Source of the DNA: Psammoneis japonica
Lineage: Eukaryota
NCBI GenBank assembly: GCA_008632985.1
Contig: QPGO01000125.1
Location: forward strand, 62,001 to 126,000
DNA: 64,000 nt
Direction: 5' to 3'
Shown in pieces: positions 1 through 11,068 of this stretch (positions are counted from its first letter, which is position 1; each line of letters begins with the position of its first letter). The notes below the pieces were generated by a model. It was not told the DNA's origin, did no database searches, and was given only the letters and a program-made list of their open reading frames with translations. The position numbers and the translations under genes were made by a program.

Positions 1-979
1 ACTGCACCGACCTGCAGTGCAGTGCAGTGCAAAAAGTACGTACAAACGGCTGATTTTTGAATCGGAATTTGTAAATTTTTGTGCGCGTGCGTGCTGTCAC
101 CCGTTTTTGAAATCTCCTGGTCTGCCATTGCAGGCGCTGCGTCGCGTGCGTGCTCGGTGCCATGAATTGGTGCGCGCGTCGTCAGGCAGGTAGGTAGGTG
201 CCAGTTTTTCCGACGTCTGTACTACGAATTGCAAGACAATTGCGCGATTCACGTGCCCGAAGGGTGATTAATTGTTGAAATTCGTGCTTCGCGCACGTAG
301 AGCCTGTAGAAAATGTACCAGCCAGCCCGAAGCTCCGATTTGCGTAGATCACGTAGGAGAGTACCACAAGGTCATTTGATGAAATGACTGGGACGATTTA
401 GACGACCAAAATGAAAATTTTGATACCACATCATACGTAGAATTGACATCTGCGCGAAGGGAGAATGTTGCTTCGGGCAACGATATTCCACCTTCGGGCA
501 CGTGAATCGCGCAATTGTCTTGCAATATTTATTTGTAGTATGTACCGTGTCGCTCGAAACATAACAACGTAGCGCAGCGTACCAAGGCAGAAATGTGGTT
601 CAAGACTTACAGTACGTACTTGTTCCGTTTCCTGGCTTTGGCTTTCCATCTGTCTGCTGCACCCTCTACTCTAGAGTTTTTTCCTTGCGTTCTATTCTCG
701 TTCGTGAAAAGTCTAAACACGATTGCCAGCATATTTTTAGTTCGTACAAAGCACCGTTCCGCTCTAGTAGAGTTTTGCGTGAGTACAGCACTAGCCTACA
801 AGAGTAACCGGTAACCGCAAAACATGGTAACTTATAAATTTAAATGTTAGTTACCTCATTATCTAGTAGAAATCTAAAAGGTCCGCTAAAATGCACTATG
901 TTTCTGGCAGCAAGCATGGGGGTTCCAAACAGCACCAACTGCATTCGTCAAACAAAAGATGTTGTTTAGTCCACCATGC

Positions 980-2710
980 TTAGGATGAAGCAGCAGCGTG
1001 AGAAGGTCGACCAACAATACCGTCGTAGTCGCGACTGTAGTACGAACCAAGGTACTCGGCTACCAAGTTGGATTTACGAGACGGATTCTCGCCCATATCG
1101 TCGAGTAGCTGGTCGAAGTAGTGAATCTGGTGTAACAGAACCTGCGCGGAACGGGAGGAGGTGGCGGGCATCCAGGAGCGTGCAAACTCCTTGAACGCAT
1201 TCGCGTCACGGGCGAGTGATTCCTTGCAGAGGTCTGCCTTTGTTTCTCCAGCAAGGGTTCGCGCCAGCCATTCGGCCTGCAAACCAGAGCTCACACAGTT
1301 GAAGATGGTATACGTCTCGGCGCCCACAAAGGCAAGCCTATCAATGGACGGTGGCAAAATTCGTTTGTACAAATAGAGTCCGTCGTTTTGCACGTCCAAC
1401 GACTTGATGATTTGAGGTTGAAAGAACTTTCCATAGTCTTTGCCGAAACCAGTTGCAAAAATGACTTGATCGGCAACAATCTCATTGCCTTGAAAGCGCA
1501 CGCCGCTTTCCGTGAATGAATCAATCTCTCCAAGATTGACATTGACTTTTCCTGAGTTGCGTAGTTTCTTAAAGCTGTCGTCTTGTACCCCGCCATAGCC
1601 GTAAGAATCCTCAACAAGTCCGGTCCTGGGCCTCAAGTCACCCTTCAGTCCAAGCTGAAAGGCAAATAGCATCTCGACAAGTGCAAAAACGGCTCCCATG
1701 ATTCTTTTAAATAAGTAAGCACAAGACTTGCTTCCCGGAAAAACTCCTACCTTGGCTTCTACGAGTGCTTGGCCCAAGCGACTCATAAACACGTGTTGAA
1801 ACGGAATGACTCCTGCAATGTTCAGTGGCGTGGGCCAATGAGCGTGACGCTGAACGACAGAGACAGACTCGGCACCGGCATTTGCTGCACTCGTGGCGCA
1901 ATCTGTAGCACTCTTACAGCCTCCAATCACCACGACACGCTTTCCCTTGACAGCATCGGCATCCACGAATTCGCTGCTATGCACTACCAATCCAGAATAC
2001 TCCTCCTTCCCGGGAACTTCCGGGACAAACGGAAAGGTCGAATACATGCCTGTCGACACCACGCAATAGTCGAAGTCATGCGCTTCGCCATTTTCAGTAT
2101 GAAACGTCCACGTCCCGTCCGCCTTGCGCGAAACCTTGTCAATGCCCGTGTTGAGCTGAACGTCTCGATTCAGATCAAACTCGGACGCAAAGCGCTCAAT
2201 ATACGCTTGAACCTTAGGACCAGATGCTAGCTCACCCCACTTGGCTTCAGTCATTTCCAAATCTGGGAATTCGAAACACTGCTTTGGCACTTGTAGACCA
2301 AAGTTGGCATAGTTTTTGCGCCAGAGTCCACCGACACTGTCCGCCTTGTCAAATGCGGTTACGTTATATCCCCGAGCACGCATGGACCGAATCACTTGAA
2401 GACCGGCTACGCCACATCCAATCACACCCACGCGACTGCCCGGTTCGAGTTGCCTCGCTAAATAGTGTCAGAAGAGAAAGTGAGGTGAGATCTATACGAA
2501 AGAAAACCGACATTTCAGATATAGATACAACAATGCAAAACATAGCAATACACCACAGCCCAGAAACGAGTTATGTGGATGTGTGGAATATCTTATATCG
2601 TAGAGCTCACATGTTCTCCCTTGCAAGCGAGCATTCTTTGACTCATTATTCCACCCCATCGAGCCGATCGCATCGTTCCAGCTATCAGACGCTTTTCTAA
2701 ACGTACCCAT
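980..2710 (-). CDS. Flavin-containing monooxygenase (FMO family); predicted exons 2710-2611 and 2457-980
   Basis: Rossmann GxGxxG (VGVIGCGVAG), GGLW, FMO fingerprint YSGLVVHSSEF, second dinucleotide motif VVVIGGCKSATD and FATGF. A phase-compatible GT-AG intron (2610-2458) joins an upstream ATG exon. Confidence 0.9.
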
Positions 2711-2762
2711 GGTGTGTTTGTTCACGCTGTTCCCGGTATCTTGTGGTGAGGTGATGAAGTGT

Positions 2763-3261
2763 TGTTGCAAATGCGAAGCCAGACAAAAGATACAATGACC
2801 CTAACGCATTAGATAAGCCTTGAGTATTACTGTATTGGTACAAGAGAGAGAATAGAATTTTGTGGTTGCGGGATTTGGTGGAAGTCACGTTACTGTTGCA
2901 AATGCGAAGCCCGACAAAAGATGCAATGACCCAGATTTCTGAGCCTGTGGGCGTACTGCAGCAGCCCGGTACACGTACGTAGCCAGAAATAGTGGCAGTA
3001 CAGTACTTAGGGCCCTCTACATTTTTAAAAACTTCGGTCATAAATGTTCGTGCCCCTGCTGCTAAGCCTCTATTAAAATTATCATAAATATTCACAAAAG
3101 ATATAATGACCCATATCTATTCGTACGACTGCATTACTGTAAAACTATAATATCCATTTTTTCTCTTCATTTTTTAAATGCAGGTTAATTAAGGCATATA
3201 ATATAAAGAGTTCATTTTGTGGTGTAACATACAACGTCGGTCATTAATGTTCGTGCTCCCC
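2763..3261. repeat. Short dispersed direct repeats in the FMO/terpene synthase divergent intergenic region
   Basis: TGTTGCAAATGCGAAGCCnGACAAAAGATnCAATGACCC at 2763-2801 and 2894-2932, with a partial third copy ACAAAAGATATAATGACCC at 3094-3112. A second pair TCGGTCATwAATGTTCGTGC lies at ~3033 and ~3237. Confidence 0.8.
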
Positions 3262-3538
3262 AAGATCGAACATCAACCATAAAAAACTAGTAAAATGGGT
3301 TCGCATTTGAGCCAAACTTCCGAATCTTCTTCCTCATTCATCTCTGGAAGTTGAGTAGACGCGGTCACAAAGGACGCACTGGACCACAGTGAGGTTGCAA
3401 ACTGGTGCTCTCACATTTTTTCTAACTTGCTGACTTGCCAACGTCGCACGCGTCGGCAGGAGATAGAGTGAGAGAGTTCAGAGCGCAGCCGTCGGTGACA
3501 CCGAGTCTTTTTTCTTTTGTCAAAAGGACTGACACTGC

Positions 3539-4804
3539 GTGACAGACCCGGGCCCAACTGCCTTTGTCACATTTGGCAAGAACTCTGCGATCGAAGCAGG
3601 AGCAGCCTCAACATCCTTTCACGATCTCCTGGCTCGGGAAGGACTGTGCGTTGTTCCAGCTCCCGAAGTTCCATCTCATTGTCAGGTTGTGCGGCGATTT
3701 GTAGAGCTCCCTTCGCATTGGCTGCCTTCCAAGATCTGCACGAAGAGTGATGCTGAGAAAATCAAGGAGAGCGTCCGACAAGAGGCGCAGCATGCAGGCG
3801 TGTTCTCGGTTTCTAAGATGAAGAGAATCTTTGAACACATCGATGCCCGAATGGGTGGACGAGCACAAATTCAACCAGGGGAGACGGAGCTGGGTCGCTT
3901 CCACATTCATCAATTCGTTTTTGTTTTTGTCTTGTGGGACAGTCTGATTGAATCTGATGAAGAAGCCGGTCTTGAATCTGTTGAACGTCTAATGCGACTC
4001 ATCATGACCACCACTGGGAAGAATGATTTCGCATCCGCAAGCAAAATTGTTGTGGAGAACTGGAACTTTGATGGACCCACTGTGGTTTGGTGGCTTCAGC
4101 ATTTTGCTGCTGTCTCTTCCGTTCACGGACCAAGCAGCAGGAGTTGTCAGCGGCATGTTGGTAGCGTTCTCACTCTGTGCGTCGCCATGAAGGAAGAATT
4201 TGAGCACCTCGGTGCCCTTGCACCCAACAAGGAAGATCTGCAAGACCCATGGGAAAACAGAATCCTTGCTGCGGGTTGCTTGCCCGCATTTGACCTTCTT
4301 CTTGACGCCCACAAGTTCGATCCCTCGGATGAGCTCTACGAGGAACTTAAGTGCATCTCATTCCTGCACTCTAAACTCCTGCGTGCAGTGAATGAAGTGG
4401 CTTCGATTCCAAAAGACATTCATGACGAATGCGGCAGCCTCTTCACATCGACAATGACAGTTGATGGTTTGTCGCTTGATGAAACTGCAGCGAAGTTCTT
4501 CCAGACAATCCATCAAACGATTGAAAGCTTTGACAAGGTCAGCAACAAGCTGTTGGTCTCGCAGCCATCGAGCAACAAGAGACAGCTCCTTGAGGACTTT
4601 CTTAGCGGAGTCCGTCACAGCATAGTTGGTGCCATCGACTGGCATCTTGGTGGTGCGGAAGGTGCTTCTTCAGAGCGTTATGATGGCTTGAAGATCACAT
4701 GCCCTTCGAAGGAGGCTGTCACGCAGTTCGGCATGCGGCAGAACAAGCAGTTCGACCATTGGGAAAATGCCATCTCTGAACGAACTCCGTGGTGCATGCA
4801 TTAG
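3539..4804 (+). CDS. Class I (microbial-type) terpene synthase-like protein; start codon uncertain; TpA-hypermutated
   Basis: Aspartate-rich motif variant FVLWDSLIE, pyrophosphate-sensor-like WENRILAAGCLP, NSE-like NEVASIPKD and C-terminal DWH...SSERY, in the correct order and spacing. Only 2 Tyr in 421 aa. The ORF track starts at GTG. Confidence 0.7.
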   Translation: MTDPGPTAFVTFGKNSAIEAGAASTSFHDLLAREGLCVVPAPEVPSHCQVVRRFVELPSHWLPSKICTKSDAEKIKESVRQEAQHAGVFSVSKMKRIFEHIDARMGGRAQIQPGETELGRFHIHQFVFVFVLWDSLIESDEEAGLESVERLMRLIMTTTGKNDFASASKIVVENWNFDGPTVVWWLQHFAAVSSVHGPSSRSCQRHVGSVLTLCVAMKEEFEHLGALAPNKEDLQDPWENRILAAGCLPAFDLLLDAHKFDPSDELYEELKCISFLHSKLLRAVNEVASIPKDIHDECGSLFTSTMTVDGLSLDETAAKFFQTIHQTIESFDKVSNKLLVSQPSSNKRQLLEDFLSGVRHSIVGAIDWHLGGAEGASSERYDGLKITCPSKEAVTQFGMRQNKQFDHWENAISERTPWCMH

Positions 4805-4949
4805 TTTGATGTCATCAAAGAGCAGGGCCCTGTCGAGATCCTCTTACGTTTTGCATCAATGACTGGTGTCGGTCACGGCAATTAGCACCGTTCTTTCAAT
4901 GTCTAGACAGCGCCACCGCATCGCAACAGTGCGAGCTTTAGACAGTCAG

Positions 4950-5720
4950 ATTGTGTCGACGGATTTGAATTGAGAAGGACACGTCCTCTCATCATCTACG
5001 CTCGCTCGCGTGTCCACATGTTGGCAAAGCAATGTCACAAGCCTTGTCCCGCAATGCGTGTGTTTGAAATCAAGCGCACGTTTCTCCAAAAAGGTAGACC
5101 CCCGTCTCGGTTTTGGTGGAAAAGGCATGCTGCTCAAGCAACTCTCGTCCCTCGACATTGTCTTTTCCAGCAATTCCCGTGGCCGCCCATGACGGACATG
5201 CCGATGCAGCGAGAACATCACCAGAGCGTTGTCGATTCAACAAACATGCATGCCAGACCTGGGCCAGCTTGGTGTTGGAAAGTTTGGGAAGAACTTTTTC
5301 TGCCCAGAAAAAGTGCCCCTGTGACAATTGATGGAGAAGCACGCGTCGTGTCCTTGACGAGTCGTTTTGGCGACATTGGCCACCAAATCATCTGCATCCG
5401 ACACGGAACCCCAATCGCTGAAGCCCGACACAACGGGAATGATTCGCTCAGGCACTGCCTCATCATCATTGATTGTGTCAACGAATCTCTTCAACCACGT
5501 TTGTCAGCGCCTCTTGATGATTCAGGTCGACGGCAATTGCGGTTCCTCCCATTTCCACCACAACCTTGCAGACCGTCGTGCCAATGCCTCCCGTTGCTCC
5601 TGTTGTCGTTGTGAAACTTGCACTCTTGGAGGCTGGCACGTTGCATTCCCAGCGGCTGCTGGGTTTCACAAATGACTCAAACCAATTCGGCGTTCTTCCA
5701 TTCTCTTCTTGTGTCGTCAT
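4950..5720 (-). pseudogene. Short-chain dehydrogenase/reductase (retinol dehydrogenase/WWOX-like) pseudogene
   Basis: TGATGGIG cofactor motif (5580-5603) followed by AIAVD. IIPVVSGFSDWGSV and TRQGHDACFSINC...GHFFWAEKVLP match the family pattern TxxGYExxFxVNYLGHFLLTxxLLP. The match is split across several frames. Confidence 0.7.
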
Positions 5721-8312
5721 TTCTAAATGCGTGCAGTCGTTGCGTTGTAGCGCGTCTCTTGCATGAATCAGGAAGCGACGAGAAAGCATGGAATGATGCT
5801 GAAAGAAAAACGAAGGCCAAGCAGAGTGCTCCACACGTGAAATGGATGTTCGATTCTGTTTGTCATGTAAATTCATCCCTGCAGCATGGCAGAGCCATGC
5901 CATCGCATCATTGGTTGGCAGATGCATGGCTCTGGCTGCTGGCTGGTGGCTGCGCTGGGAGATTTGCTCGCTTGCGTCAGCAAATGTGCACCGGCATGAG
6001 TTGGTCGTGCACGTGTGGGTTCGAAGGAACCGCGAAACTGGCCACACCCTGCAGGAGAACAGCTTTTGAAATTAGGGCATTGCAGTTGGCAAGTTGGAAC
6101 GTCGGAGCACAGGAGATTCGAAATGTGCTGCTGCAGCAAGGCAACTGATTGTTGATCAATTGGCGACAATGCAGCATGTTGGATGCACAGAAGTTTGTTG
6201 CAGTTTGTGTTCTGCGGCGCTCTTGGAAGAAAGTTTGCTGTGTGGCTGGTGGAAGATGAGAAGAGCTGCACAAAAGAACTTTTGTGAGGGATCACAGAGA
6301 GGGCAGCTCACCAAAATGCTGTGATTCTTGCCACTGATGCACAGGCACAAGTGTTGGCTGCCCTGCTCCTGTGCTGCTGCGTGAACAGAAGCATCTTCTG
6401 CACAGCACAGACAAGGGTTTCAAGCGAAAGCAAACAACCATCACAGAAGCAACAAAACACACACTGACAAGCCCAAAACAATTCATGGTCAAGTCCAGAA
6501 CAGCCGAGACATGAACATTTTGTGGCATTTTCTGTCAACTGTTGCATCGACAGCTTTCTCTGTCCCACTCACTCCAGCAGGCTTTCGACAGAGATGCGTT
6601 GTCGTGTCAAGGACAAACAATGCAAGTGGCCATCACAGAAGACCTTGTGCCTGCATCTGTGCTGTGCATGTGGCAACACTCCAGACTTGTCTTCTAAAAA
6701 CTTGCAAAATCTTGTCCAAACCAACTCCATTTTGTCAGCACTGGCTGTGCGCAGGGATCGGCAAGCTTGAGTTTGTGTGACTCCTGAGAGCCCCTCTCCA
6801 TCTTGTTGGTCCACCCAGTTCCTTCTGGAGGCTTGGTGCACTCGTCAAATTTGTCAAGTGCAGTCTTGTCATTTGGATCTGCGGCAGCTGCTGAGAGCTG
6901 CAACATGCCACACTTTTTCCCTCCATGCTCCACATCAACATGAAAAAGTGTGCATCATCCTGCAATCCAATCATCATGGGCCACAGAATTTGTGTGACAA
7001 GGTGCTCTCCAAGGTGGGTGGTTGAGCAGAGGCCAAGGGAGCAATGCCGGCCTCCAAACCGGCATCCTCCATGGGTGCATCATGTCAGAGCCAAACGCAG
7101 GCATGGAGATGTTCTTGATGTCCATGATGTTGCCAATGCTCATGTTGCCAGCACCATGAAAGATGGTTGTTTTGCACTGAAAAGCAAAAAACAGTGGCAC
7201 AAAGAGCAAGGGCAAGCTGGGGAACATGAGATGGGACAAAGGACAATCCAATGCACAACAGAGCAATGGTGTTGTGATGTGTGCTTGCCTGTTTGTTTGC
7301 CACTCCACTGGACTCCATCCTGCTGATGACAAAAACAGCAACACGGATTCTGTTGATGACAGTTGGTCACACCTGTCAAAATGCAAGAAATGCCAATGCA
7401 AGACGTGTTCCAGACACAGGTGGGAATCCGCGTGACATTGAGCCCATGGAATTCTGCGTGCGAGCTCCACAGCAAAATTGCAAGCAATGAAAATGTCAAT
7501 GATCACCAACAGAAAATGAGGCAATTTTGCAAATGCACAAACTCGTCCATCATTGAAGTGCATCATTTTTTGCTCAGCCAGCTACATTCTTCAGACATTG
7601 AAGAATGCAACTCTGTGGTGCATTGTTGTTTCTGCAAATTCGTCACACAAAATGTTTGGGGGGCTTCACAAAAACAGCGAGTCTGGACAATTTTTTTTTG
7701 GAATGTCACAAGCAGAAATGCACACGCAAAACATGTGACGGATGACAAAAATTGTTTGTGTCACACGTCAGCACTGCGAGCTCCCACCCAGGGAGGCTGG
7801 AACACGTTGCGACAGCAGGCGAGACAAGATGTGAAAAAACAATGCCAACACGCAGCAACAAACCAAACCAAGCCATCACAACACACCTTGCCATGTTGGC
7901 GATCACCCGGCATGGCATGGGGGGTGCCATCTGTTGCAATGACTTGGAACGGCGACGCTCCATCTGTTGTGTTGTTGGTGGTGGCCATGTTTCGCTGCAC
8001 ACGAAAAAAAAAATTGGGCACCTGTCGCTGTGGCAAACAAAGATTTAAAGAACACAACCATGTGTTCTCATCATGTCCGAACATCATTGTGCAATCAACA
8101 TCACAGCTCTGCCTGCAAGGTGTGGCTAGTTGCACGGTTGCATCGAACCCCGAACCCCAACGTGCGCGACCAACTAGCTGCCGGTAGCCCGGCTAACTTC
8201 AAATTTAACATAAGGGATTGGAGATGTTCATAAAAGATACGAACTATTGAAATTTCGAGCTCTCTCGAGTGCGTGTTTCGACTTGCTGAACACAACACAT
8301 GCGTGCAACACC

Positions 8313-8785
8313 ATGACGACGCTTGCAGCACGACGATTGGCCTTGAGAAGGGTTACGCATTCCTTTTTGCGATCCCAACAACCCGCACGATGCTTTACTA
8401 TCCATAAACTTGCTGGTCAGGATGATAGTGATTTCAATCTATGGAAAAAGACTCCAGAGGTATGTTGTGTTTTGCGACTCTGTCTGACGTAGGACTAGTA
8501 CTGATTCTACATAGATCGGTACTTTTCGTTCAATCTCACTTGCTTTTCGAACTGTTTTGTTTTCTATTCCAGTACGCACTCGGAAAACATCGTTCCAATG
8601 CTTTGGAGCTTGTAGAGCAGCAAGATATCATCGAAGTGGACGGCGACATGGCAATCTGTGACGGTGGCGGCGGAGCTCTCGGACACCCGCTCGAATACAT
8701 CAAGGTGGGACACCGAGCGCCTGGCGAGTTTAAAGAATGCATTTATTGTGGATTAAAATATCGAAAGAAGCAAGGCGCACATTAA
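8313..8785 (+). CDS. NDUFS6: NADH dehydrogenase (ubiquinone) Fe-S protein 6, zf-CHCC subunit; exons 8313-8459 and 8573-8785
   Basis: CDGGGGALGHP..YI...CIYCGLKY motif, Arg-rich N-terminal mitochondrial presequence, and an in-phase GT-AG intron. Confidence 0.92.
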
Positions 8786-9427
8786 GAAGTGGCTACACAA
8801 ACTTGTAGAGAACAGCCTTGTGCCTGATCTTTTTTACTGATTTAGGTTTCCTCATTTCGAGTCTTCGCACCTTAGCTTCCGTTTTCAGTGATCATTCTCA
8901 CACCTGACATTATAGTCTCGATTTTCTCCTTTGATTCCTTGTTTCTTTGCTCTATGCAATTTCCTATTGTGTTTTAAAACCGCTAGTAGTGCTGCTAATA
9001 GGCTCTCTCTACTTCGCTCGTGATACGTTATTTAGAGAATCTTCGACTATTGCTCGCAACTTACCAACATGAGAAGTAAAAATCAAGTGTTCGGGAAGAT
9101 CTTTGTTACCTCCAGGCGTACCTTGACATTCTAGAGAATGGCGCCCAATTCATTTCACACATTTAGCATTGACTTTGGTCAACCTAACTTTTCAGAACTT
9201 CGCTCGCACCGAGAGTTGGGGTACTGTACCGGCCAGGTTTTTCTCGACTTAGGTTTGAAGGTCGCATCAGCGCATTTCCCTCGTCCCACACTTCGATCCG
9301 CCTCCATAATTCAAGCGGATCCATTTTAATTTTCTTCTTCTCCACAACTTTTGTGGCCTACAGTAACTACATCATCCATAACAGACCGATGTTTGTTGGT
9401 TATCTAGCAGCTAGGTTTGGACGGCAT

Positions 9428-11068
9428 TTAGAAATCTTTCGATTTGAAGCTCCCCAGAATGGCGCTAAAGACAAACTTGATTGCGTTGTACCACGATGGC
9501 TGCAGGCTAATCTTAACCAAACCTGCCACTGTAGCATCAAAGACGGACTTGTTGAATTCAATTAGATGAGCTGGAGTGACAAACTGATCATAAATGATGC
9601 TCTTCTCCACATTCTCGTATCCAAAGGGGTTGCCGAAATTGCCTCGTCCTGTTTCAATTTCAGCTTTGGTCTCCTCCCCACAGCCACCCCATGTCAGGTG
9701 CGGTATGGCCCATCCCATGGCTGCGGTTCCATTTGCCGCAACTGTTCCATATTTCAAATCCGTAATGGCTTGCTCCAAGGCTGGGGTATGAGCTTTCTGC
9801 GTTGCCCCATCAATCAACACCGTGCAGCACAAACTACCGAAGAGTTTGTCGTTGCAGAATGGGACAGCCTCCTTCAAAAACGAGTCCGCTGTTGGCTCGG
9901 TATCCAAGGGAATCTCGCAAAAAACCTGCGTAAACGCCTCGTTGCGACAGGCATACGTGTCTTTCTGATCAAGCCCGGGGATCCAGAGACAACGGAACTT
10001 ATCGCCGAGCTTGCCCTCTTGTGGTTCAATGACAACCGAGTCGGGATATTCCTGCTGAAATTTGGCAAACGTTTTATCGGCACCCGGATACCAGGCGCCG
10101 ACTCCCGGTGTCAGACTCTTCAAGGCACGCACCATGCAATCCAAAAACTCCTGACGCTGCGGCCAGTTTTTCGAAGTGACAATCATTTGAGGACGTGCAC
10201 AGATCGCTCCACCCAAATGCTTGCCGATGGTTGCAATAATCATGGCTTGGTGTTCCATCTCGGCAGTCGTCCACGGCTTGTCACCGGGCACCACAATGAC
10301 GGGATTGACCCCACCGCATTCAGCGACAAGGTGTGACTTGATGGACTTTTCTATGAATCTCGCGTTGTTTGTCGAGCCCGTAAAGTAAACATGAGCGATG
10401 CGATCGTCACGGCAAAGGGCAGGACCGTCGTCTGCCTTGCAAAAGCTAATTGCCTTGTGTTGAGCAAGCGGCTCCAGAATTTTGATCCACACCTTATCAG
10501 ACTCCACGTTGAGAGGATGAGACTCGTAAACCACCACTCGATTGTCGAAAAAGAGACTCTTGAATATTTCCACAGCAGACGCAGTATTTCCTGCTCCTAG
10601 AATGGCAACAATTTCAGCAGGCTTGTCCATTGGATTCTTGACGACGGGTTCCTCGTCTGAAGACACACGAAGAATCATTTTATAAGTCGGATACAAAAAG
10701 GTATCCAAGTATGTTTTCGGAAAGGCATAAACATCATAGCTGCCGTCGGAAACCTTTGTCACGGAGTTTGGTTCGAGGGGGGTACCGTACTTTCTCAGGC
10801 TTTCGTACAGATCGATGCACGTTTTGACGTTTCCGGACGGAGCAAGCAGACATGCAAGAGAAACACTGTCTCCAGAGTAGGCATTTTCTTTTCCAATCAT
10901 CGTGTTATGCGCTGCCGCAACTGCTTCCTTCAATTCGTCACCATAGGCAAGCATGTTGGATCGGACTTGGTAGAGCAACGCAAGTCGATCCTCGATGCTC
11001 GTTTTAGCCCACGCATCCTTGTCGACAGAGTCAACAGCTTCTTTTGCGTTAGTGACTGGAGGGCTCAT
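9428..11068 (-). CDS. Aldehyde dehydrogenase family protein (intronless)
   Basis: AILGAGN, HVYFTGS, AECGGVNPVIV (ELGG-like), catalytic-Cys region GAICARPQ and NEAF. First ATG at 11068. Confidence 0.85.
   Translation of the reverse strand: MSPPVTNAKEAVDSVDKDAWAKTSIEDRLALLYQVRSNMLAYGDELKEAVAAAHNTMIGKENAYSGDSVSLACLLAPSGNVKTCIDLYESLRKYGTPLEPNSVTKVSDGSYDVYAFPKTYLDTFLYPTYKMILRVSSDEEPVVKNPMDKPAEIVAILGAGNTASAVEIFKSLFFDNRVVVYESHPLNVESDKVWIKILEPLAQHKAISFCKADDGPALCRDDRIAHVYFTGSTNNARFIEKSIKSHLVAECGGVNPVIVVPGDKPWTTAEMEHQAMIIATIGKHLGGAICARPQMIVTSKNWPQRQEFLDCMVRALKSLTPGVGAWYPGADKTFAKFQQEYPDSVVIEPQEGKLGDKFRCLWIPGLDQKDTYACRNEAFTQVFCEIPLDTEPTADSFLKEAVPFCNDKLFGSLCCTVLIDGATQKAHTPALEQAITDLKYGTVAANGTAAMGWAIPHLTWGGCGEETKAEIETGRGNFGNPFGYENVEKSIIYDQFVTPAHLIEFNKSVFDATVAGLVKISLQPSWYNAIKFVFSAILGSFKSKDF

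Larger units (their letters stand above)
3480..8150. other. TpA-depleted block A (terpene synthase, SDR pseudogene, unassignable degenerate coding relics)
   Basis: TA is rare from ~3480 and nearly absent at 5100-8100. CpG is retained in the left half and depleted at ~6200-7700. Normal TA frequency resumes at ~8170. Confidence 0.85.

Noticed and set aside
1..830. MITE/transposon end at the window start (CAGTG x3, non-coding)
   Set aside because: No partner repeat or coding evidence inside the window; cannot be supported.
3539..4804. DabA-like N-prenyltransferase (domoic acid pathway)
   Set aside because: No recognisable similarity beyond the general fold class and no dabB/C/D-like neighbours. 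The WxxxxRY-type ending fits ordinary microbial TPS.
8123..8196. Helitron 3' end (GC hairpin plus CTAG)
   Set aside because: The GCCGG/CCGGC hairpin precedes CTAG only on the minus strand, at 2 nt spacing, which would place the element over the host NDUFS6 gene. No Rep/helicase seen.
9566..10336. Antisense ORFs overlapping ALDH, FMO, PRP4 and other genes
   Set aside because: Shadow frames of well-supported genes on the opposite strand, with no motifs of their own.
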